Part shown: in pieces, positions 57,953-64,000 of the stretch
Position numbering within the stretch: position 1 is the first letter of the stretch
How the letters are laid out: every line of letters starts with the position of its first letter
DNA from: Thelocarpon superellum
Taxonomy: Eukaryota
Assembly (NCBI GenBank): GCA_026025795.1
Contig: JAPEUG010000052.1
Coordinates: 1 to 64,000 of the forward strand
DNA: 64,000 nt
Reading direction: 5' to 3'
Notes under the pieces: generated by a model
Databases searched by the model: none
What the model was told of the DNA's origin: nothing
The model's input: the letters and a program-made list of their open reading frames with translations, nothing else
Position numbers and translations under genes: made by a program

Positions 57953-60501
57953 ATGATGGAGGCCCACCAGAGCGCCATCCAGGCCCTTCGGTACCTGTCG
58001 CCGCTCGCCGTCGCCATCTGCGCCGCGGCCACCAGCGTGGTCGAGGCCTGTCGCGTGGTGCCGGCCCAGCACGCTCGCCAAAGCCACCGGGCCCGCCCGA
58101 TCGTCCTTCTGAGACTAGTCGTCGCCCTGCTGGTGCTCTGCTACGTACGTCGCCCCCGCCTGTCTCCCTCGTCCGACGGGCACGCTCACGGACTAATGGC
58201 GAGCGGTAGATTGCGGAGGTCGTCGCCCTCTTCACCGAGGCCCTGCAGCAGCCGGAACACCAGCCTCCCCACGCACATGTCGTCCAGGTCGCCGTGCTGT
58301 TCTTGGTCTGGGTCGTCATCGGCTTCACGGACCGCGCCCCATGGCACACCTACTTGGGATCCGCCGTCCTCGGACTGGCCTTGGAGCTCCCCCTGCTCAT
58401 CCTCGTCGCGCCGCAGGAGCTGCGTGGCACGGCGGGGACGGTCCACTTCGGGCTGCAGTGCACGCGCCTTTTCCTCCTCGCTGCCGTGGCGGTGGTGACG
58501 GCGGCGCAGGCTCTGCGGCATTACGTCACGACCATCTCGCACGAGGCGGCGGAAGCGGAGGCGGAAGCGGAACCGCTCCTGTCGGGTACCACGGAAAACG
58601 GCACGACGGAAAACGGCACGCAGGACAACAGCGACAGCGAGGTGGAGGAAGAGCGCGATGCGTACGTCAAGAAGCAGCAGAAACGGCGGCTGGAGGAGGC
58701 CGGCAGCTGGTGGAAGTACCTCCAGACCTTCTCCGTCTTCCTGCCCTATCTGATCCCCAAGAACGACCGCAAGGTGCAGCTGTGCATGCTGGTCACCGTC
58801 CTCTGTCTGCTCGCGCGACGCGCCCTCAACGTGCTCCTGCCGCGCCAGCTCGGCATCATCACCAACAGCCTCGTCGCCGGCGGACGCCCCATCGCCGAGC
58901 TCGGGTGGTGGCTGGTGCTCACGGCGATCGATGGATCGTCCGGCTTGGGTCTGCTCGAGAGTCTCATCAGCATCCCCATCGACCAGTTCTCCTACCGCCA
59001 GGTCACCAACGCCGCCTTTGGGCACGTCATGGGCTTGTCCATTGACTTTCACAATGACCAAGACTCGGCCGAGCTGATGAAGGCCATCGAGCAGGGACAG
59101 TCGCTCAACACCTTGCTCAACACCTTTGTCCAGACCATCGGGCCCACCTTGATCGACCTGGTGGTGGGCGTCGTCTACTTTTACCAGCTCTTCGACCTCT
59201 ACGTGTGCCTGGTCGTCCTGCTGGCCGCCCTGACCTTTGTCACGCTGGACGTCAAGACGTCCAACTGGAACTTTGACAACCGCCGGCGCCTGGTCAAGGC
59301 GGTGCGCGAGGAGTCGCGCGTCATGCATCAAGCCGTGCAGGGCTGGCAGACCGTGTCCTACTTCAACCAGTTCGAGCACGAGCGCGCGCAATTCGCCGGT
59401 GCGCTCGCGGCCTATCAGAAAGCCTCGCGCGTCTACCAGCGGCGCGCCGCCTACACCTATGCCTTTCGCGAGGTCATTCCGCCGCTGACCTTCTTCGGCG
59501 TCGGCGTGCTGATCATCCTGCGCATCTCCCACGGCCAGGCCAGCCCCGGCGACTTTGTCTTCTTCCTGCAGTACTGGGGCATCCTGATGTCGCCGCTCAA
59601 GTACCTCTCGCAGCACTATCGCTGGCTCATGCAGGATCTGATCGACGCCGAGCGCCTGTTGCTGCTGTTGCAGACCAAGCCCACCGTGACGGACAAAGCC
59701 GGCGCGGGCCCGCTGCGGGTGTCCAAGGGCAATGTGCAGTTCACGGGCGTCTCCTTTTCCTACGACCCGCGCAAGACGACGCTCGACCGGATCGACCTCG
59801 AGGCGAAGCGCGGCAGCACGGTGGCGCTCGTGGGCGAAACGGGCGGGGGCAAGTCGACGATCCTGAAGCTCATCTACCGCTTCTACGACGTGTCCGCGGG
59901 CCAGATCGAGATCGACGGGCAGGACATCCGCGACGTGACGCTCGACAGCCTGCGCAACGCGCTCGGCGTGGTCCCGCAGGACCCGACGCTGTTCAACACG
60001 ACCATCATGGAGAACGTGCGGTACGCGCGCCTCGACGCCAGCGACGAAGAGGTGCACGACGTCTGCCGCGCCGCGGCGGTGCACGACAAGATCATGACCT
60101 TTCCCGACCAGTACCAGTCCAAGGTGGGCAACCGCGGGGTCAAGCTGTCGGGCGGCGAGCTGCAGCGGGTGGCGATTGCGCGCGTGCTGCTGAAGAACCC
60201 GCCCATCGTGCTGCTGGACGAAGCGACCAGCGCCATCGACACCGCGACCGAGGCCTCCATCCAGGCCGCCTTTCAGAAGCTCGTGCGCGGCCGCACCACC
60301 TTTGTCATCGCCCACCGCCTCTCCACCATCCGCAACGCCGACCAGATCGCCGTCATCAAGGAGGGCCGCATCATCGAGCGCGGCACGCACCACGCGCTCT
60401 TGCAGCTGCGCGGGACCTACCACGGCCTCTGGTCCAAACAGGTGGCCAATGAGTCGGGGGAGACGGCGGGACCGGGCGATGCGCCCACGACCCCGACATA
60501 G
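57953..60501 (+). CDS. ABC half-transporter, HMT1/ABCB6-like
   Basis: N-terminal TM extension (intron 58145-58209), TMD, Walker A GETGGGKST, Q-loop VVPQD, signature LSGGELQR, Walker B LLDEATS and IAHRLST. Confidence 0.9.
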
Positions 60502-60745
60502 CATTACGACGCCACGACGACGACATGACGAGAGGAGGCATGGATGAAAGGGCGTGAGAGAGGGCAGAGTTTCCGCTAGACTATCCGACCGACCTGGCCC
60601 CCAGCCGTAGCGCAAGACGCAGATGAGACGCCGACCATTTGCTAGCTCCGTAGCTCCGCCCGTCCATGTCTTCCTTCCCGCGCCTTCCTTCCCGCGCCTT
60701 CCTTCCCAGCATCCCAGTCGTGACCTGTCTTCCCCATGGCACCAT

Positions 60746-61117
60746 TCACCCCACCAATTTCACCTCGCAATTCATGTTACCGCCTGGTGGCGGGAGACGC
60801 AGAATCCCCTCGAGCTCCGTCGCCATGCCCCACGCGCTGGTAAAGTCGGCTTGGGTGTTGTTGGCGGTGCACTGGATCGGGCTTGTGGCGATCGCCGTGA
60901 GAGAGACGGCTTCGGTCCAACTCCGGCAATCGCTCAGCCCCGTCACCTCCCACCGCGTGACGAACGGGCCATTCACGCCGTGGCAGTAGCCTGAGGGATC
61001 GACGCCATCGTTCTGTCGTTTGACCACTGCCCGTGGAACCGAGCGCGCGGTCGCCATCGCCACCAAGGCGAGCGCGAACAGGAGCAGGGGCAGGCGACGA
61101 GGTCGCGCGTGGTCCAT
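60746..61117 (-). CDS. Small secreted Cys-containing preproprotein (about 123 aa)
   Basis: MDHARPRRLPLLLFALALVAMATA signal, RSVPRAVVKR propeptide ending in a Kex2-type KR site, and a mature region starting QNDG with 4 Cys. An upstream in-frame ATG (MALTF) is also possible. Confidence 0.65.
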   Translation of the reverse strand: MDHARPRRLPLLLFALALVAMATARSVPRAVVKRQNDGVDPSGYCHGVNGPFVTRWEVTGLSDCRSWTEAVSLTAIATSPIQCTANNTQADFTSAWGMATELEGILRLPPPGGNMNCEVKLVG

Positions 61118-62038
61118 CCGCCCGCGACCGACGGACGCGAAAGTGAGCGCCATCTCGCCGACGCGTGCACCGTTCCGTGTTCTTGTCAGGGGTGGCACCG
61201 CAGCTGGATGACAGGATTCGTCAAGAATGGAAGAGGGTCCTCGTCAACGTAGACAGAAGCGCGGATGGCGTGGGCGGCGGAGCGAGACGCAGGCAGGGGA
61301 ATATATACCTTGTGGACGGCGACACGAGTCGACGCATCCTCATGCCCCGTCCGTGCGCGTCGAGAACAAGGTTTGTCGGATGACGTTGGCCCCTGGCAAG
61401 TCGTCTTTCGCCCTCATGCGCCGCCCCGATGGCCGACCAAGGCCACCGTCGATCCAGGCGCAGAGGGGATGAGGGAGCTCAGATGTACGAGGACCCGCAT
61501 GCATGCGGTGCGCATGTTTGATGCATGAGATGACGGCGTCGAGGCGAGGCGGGTGCATGGCCATGCACGTCCGACGAGGCAATTATGCAGCCATGCGCGA
61601 TTGTGGAGCATGGAGCCAGCGGCTGCCGGCACGGCTCCTGTGCACCGCGCGTTGCACGCTAAGAATACTCTCGAGTGCAACGTCTCGACATCATACGGAC
61701 GGTAGCGAAACATTGTTTGTGTCAGGGATTAGTGCGAGGCATAGCGGGAGATGCGCCTATGCGCCTATGCGCATGACACGCGTACGAGGAGGAGTTTAGG
61801 TTAGTCGGTGGCATATGCGAGGGGATTCATGGGATTCATGGGAACTGGCGGGAGTTTCTTGATTCGTTTCTAATGTCTGGGTGGGTGCATGCTTCGTCTA
61901 AGTACACTGCGGTGTGACTGTCCTCGTCACGTGTCTCGTCGTTGAACCGACCGTCCATGACTCGCCCGTCGCTGGAAATCATGCCATAGTATCTCCACTT
62001 CGATGGCTGGCTGGTGGCGCCATGACATCGTTCCACCT

Positions 62039-63421
62039 CTAGGAATCGGCCTCTTCGTTAAGGTTGACGAAGTTCCAGTGGCTGGTATAGCCGTTGATGT
62101 CGTATGTATCGAAAGGGTCTCCCTCAAATGGATCGAAGATCATCCCAAAATTCTCGTCTGAAGAGTGCGGGACGAAATGATCCAGGTATGGGTAATCAGA
62201 TCCGGACTTCGCGAATTGCTCGAGGACTGTGTATCCCGGCTCGGATTCTTTCTGCTTCCGATTCTCCTCCTCGACTTTGGCCCGCAACTCCTCAACATCC
62301 TGCTCGAAGCTCTCGCGGATGTCTGCAAGTTCGTTGACTGGGGCGTCGAGTAGACTAGCAATCACAGGGGAGATGGCGGAGTGGATGCTCGTGCTTCCAT
62401 GGTGACTGGATGGATCGTTATTGTCGCTGTCGAGGTGAGAACCGGTCGTGACTGTGGCGGCTTGGGGAGGCTGCACGAGTTGAGGAAGCGCCATTGATGA
62501 TTGAGAGAGCGTTGCTGCAGTAGGTCCGGCTACAAACGCATCTCCCAGGGCGGGCAATCCGGATTGAAGCGGATTGGTGATCAACATGTTCTGATTGGCG
62601 ATTTCGGCACCAAAGAGAAGGGACTCTGCACCGACCGCCGGGATGTACCCTTCTTCGAAGCTGTTCTGGATGACATCGTGTACGGAGCAGACTGCGGTGA
62701 CATCGCCGTTGTCGAACGCGTCTGCCTCAGGAATGAAGGCGCGGCGCAGCTTGCGGTCCCCGTGCTCGTCGATATCGAATCGCCAGCCGAGCATCGCGAT
62801 GTATTCCGCAGGCTGTACAATCCCGATGAACGGCGCATTGATGGCCAAGAAGAAGTCCAGAGGGGCTTGATGCTTGCCTTGGCTGTCACGAATCACCGAA
62901 TACGCTTTCGCAAGGATGGCCCACTTCGCTTTGAATGGGTCGTTTTTCCAAAGGAAAGTCAGAAATGCGGAGATATCCTTCTGCTGGAAAGTGGAAAACA
63001 TCGAGCCGTAGTAGCCTGAGGAAAATGAGTCTCCATCTCCCTTCTGTTTCACGAGAACTGATAACTTACTTCGGTAGGCAATCCACGAGTTAAGAGGGCG
63101 AACCTTCTTGCTTGGATTGCGGGGGGGCGGTACGACGAAGCGTGGCTTTGACATCGGCTTACCAGCGGCAGACTTCTTGGTGCCTTTCTTCTTCGTGTCC
63201 CGCGATTTTGTGTCCGCATGGACTGCTGGAGGAGGCATTCGAGCCGCTTCACCGTTCTCGGTCGAAAGCGTCGGCGCGATGCTCATGATGTAGGCCGTCA
63301 TGACCCCGTTAGGATCGAGCGCTTGGAGCTGTTCTGGAGTCATGGAGTTCACCAGGTCTCGGATGTTGGGCGGCGGAATGGCGGGGTCCTGCGCTTGCGG
63401 GAATTGGAGACCGTTCTGCAT
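62039..63421 (-). CDS. MAT1-1-1: Mating-type alpha-box transcription factor MAT1-1-1
   Basis: KKVRPLNSWIAYRS|YYGSMFSTFQQKDISAFLTFLWKNDPFKAKWAILAKAYSVIRD...LDFFLAINAPFIGI. Intron in the Ser codon (63016-63069). ATG 63421 has a good context (CCGCCGCCATG). SLA2 is on the same contig. Confidence 0.93.
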   Translation of the reverse strand: MQNGLQFPQAQDPAIPPPNIRDLVNSMTPEQLQALDPNGVMTAYIMSIAPTLSTENGEAARMPPPAVHADTKSRDTKKKGTKKSAAGKPMSKPRFVVPPPRNPSKKVRPLNSWIAYRSKLSVLVKQKGDGDSFSSGYYGSMFSTFQQKDISAFLTFLWKNDPFKAKWAILAKAYSVIRDSQGKHQAPLDFFLAINAPFIGIVQPAEYIAMLGWRFDIDEHGDRKLRRAFIPEADAFDNGDVTAVCSVHDVIQNSFEEGYIPAVGAESLLFGAEIANQNMLITNPLQSGLPALGDAFVAGPTAATLSQSSMALPQLVQPPQAATVTTGSHLDSDNNDPSSHHGSTSIHSAISPVIASLLDAPVNELADIRESFEQDVEELRAKVEEENRKQKESEPGYTVLEQFAKSGSDYPYLDHFVPHSSDENFGMIFDPFEGDPFDTYDINGYTSHWNFVNLNEEADS

Positions 63422-64000
63422 GGCGGCGGTAGGTGTCGGCGAAGCCGACTTCGCAGCGAAGTCTAGCGTTGAAGTCTTTTGCCCTGTGCGGTCCACGATG
63501 AAAGCGATCACGGTTTGTACTGATTCAAAGGTCTAGTGCTGGGAGGTGGAAAGAGTGGAAGAGACCCGCGAAGGTGGCATCGCCGATGGAAAGAGTCGAG
63601 GACTGGAAAGGTAAGATGATCCAAGTCGAAAGTCCTCCTCTAGTTGTGGGTATATCCCGGTGGTTGGTCTTACGCTCAACGAACAAAGAAGTGTACAATT
63701 TCCTAAAGCAGAACACTCTCGTTTCATTGAATGATTCATAGGCCATCGGTGCTTCATTCACAGCTCTTGGTATTTCTAGCAAAGTCCTTGTGCCTATCTT
63801 TCTCCGATCTGACGCCATCACTCTTACTATCGATGCCGGTGGACCCTGCTTCCCCTTCTTCTCTACTTTTCCTCAATCCAGGCTGACACGACGAACTGCC
63901 AAGACCGGGAAAACCTGCCCACGGGTGCGGACGTATATGCGGTGGGGAAGACTGCGGTCGCTCCAATCTGCAGTTCTTGCTCAGCGTTGCATTTGCAAAT

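Noticed and set aside
60746..61117. Classical mating pheromone precursor
   Set aside because: No repeated peptide units between KR sites and no C-terminal CAAX.

Overview
GC-rich genomic DNA from a filamentous ascomycete (Pezizomycotina), with short GT-AG introns of about 45-65 nt. Many ORFs in the supplied track are GC-driven shadows or use non-ATG starts. From left to right: the 3' end of a probable GPI-anchored protein gene; a complete carotenoid/retinal/rhodopsin cluster (carX, carRA, carO, carB); a housekeeping block (RRM protein, SSS1, WDR23/DCAF11-like, SNX3, RIM2, RPL21, RPS9, SLU7, REV3, NVJ2-like, SLA2); and the mating-type gene MAT1-1-1 at the right end. SLA2 normally lies close to MAT, but here about 17.6 kb separates them. 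That interval holds a heptad-repeat orphan, a secreted beta-helix-like orphan, RTG2, an HMT1-like ABC half-transporter, a small secreted protein with a Kex2-type site, and repeats. Nine very short (90-177 bp) solo-LTR-like elements with clean 4- or 5-bp target-site duplications were found by eye. Gene identities come from motif recognition only; no database search was run.
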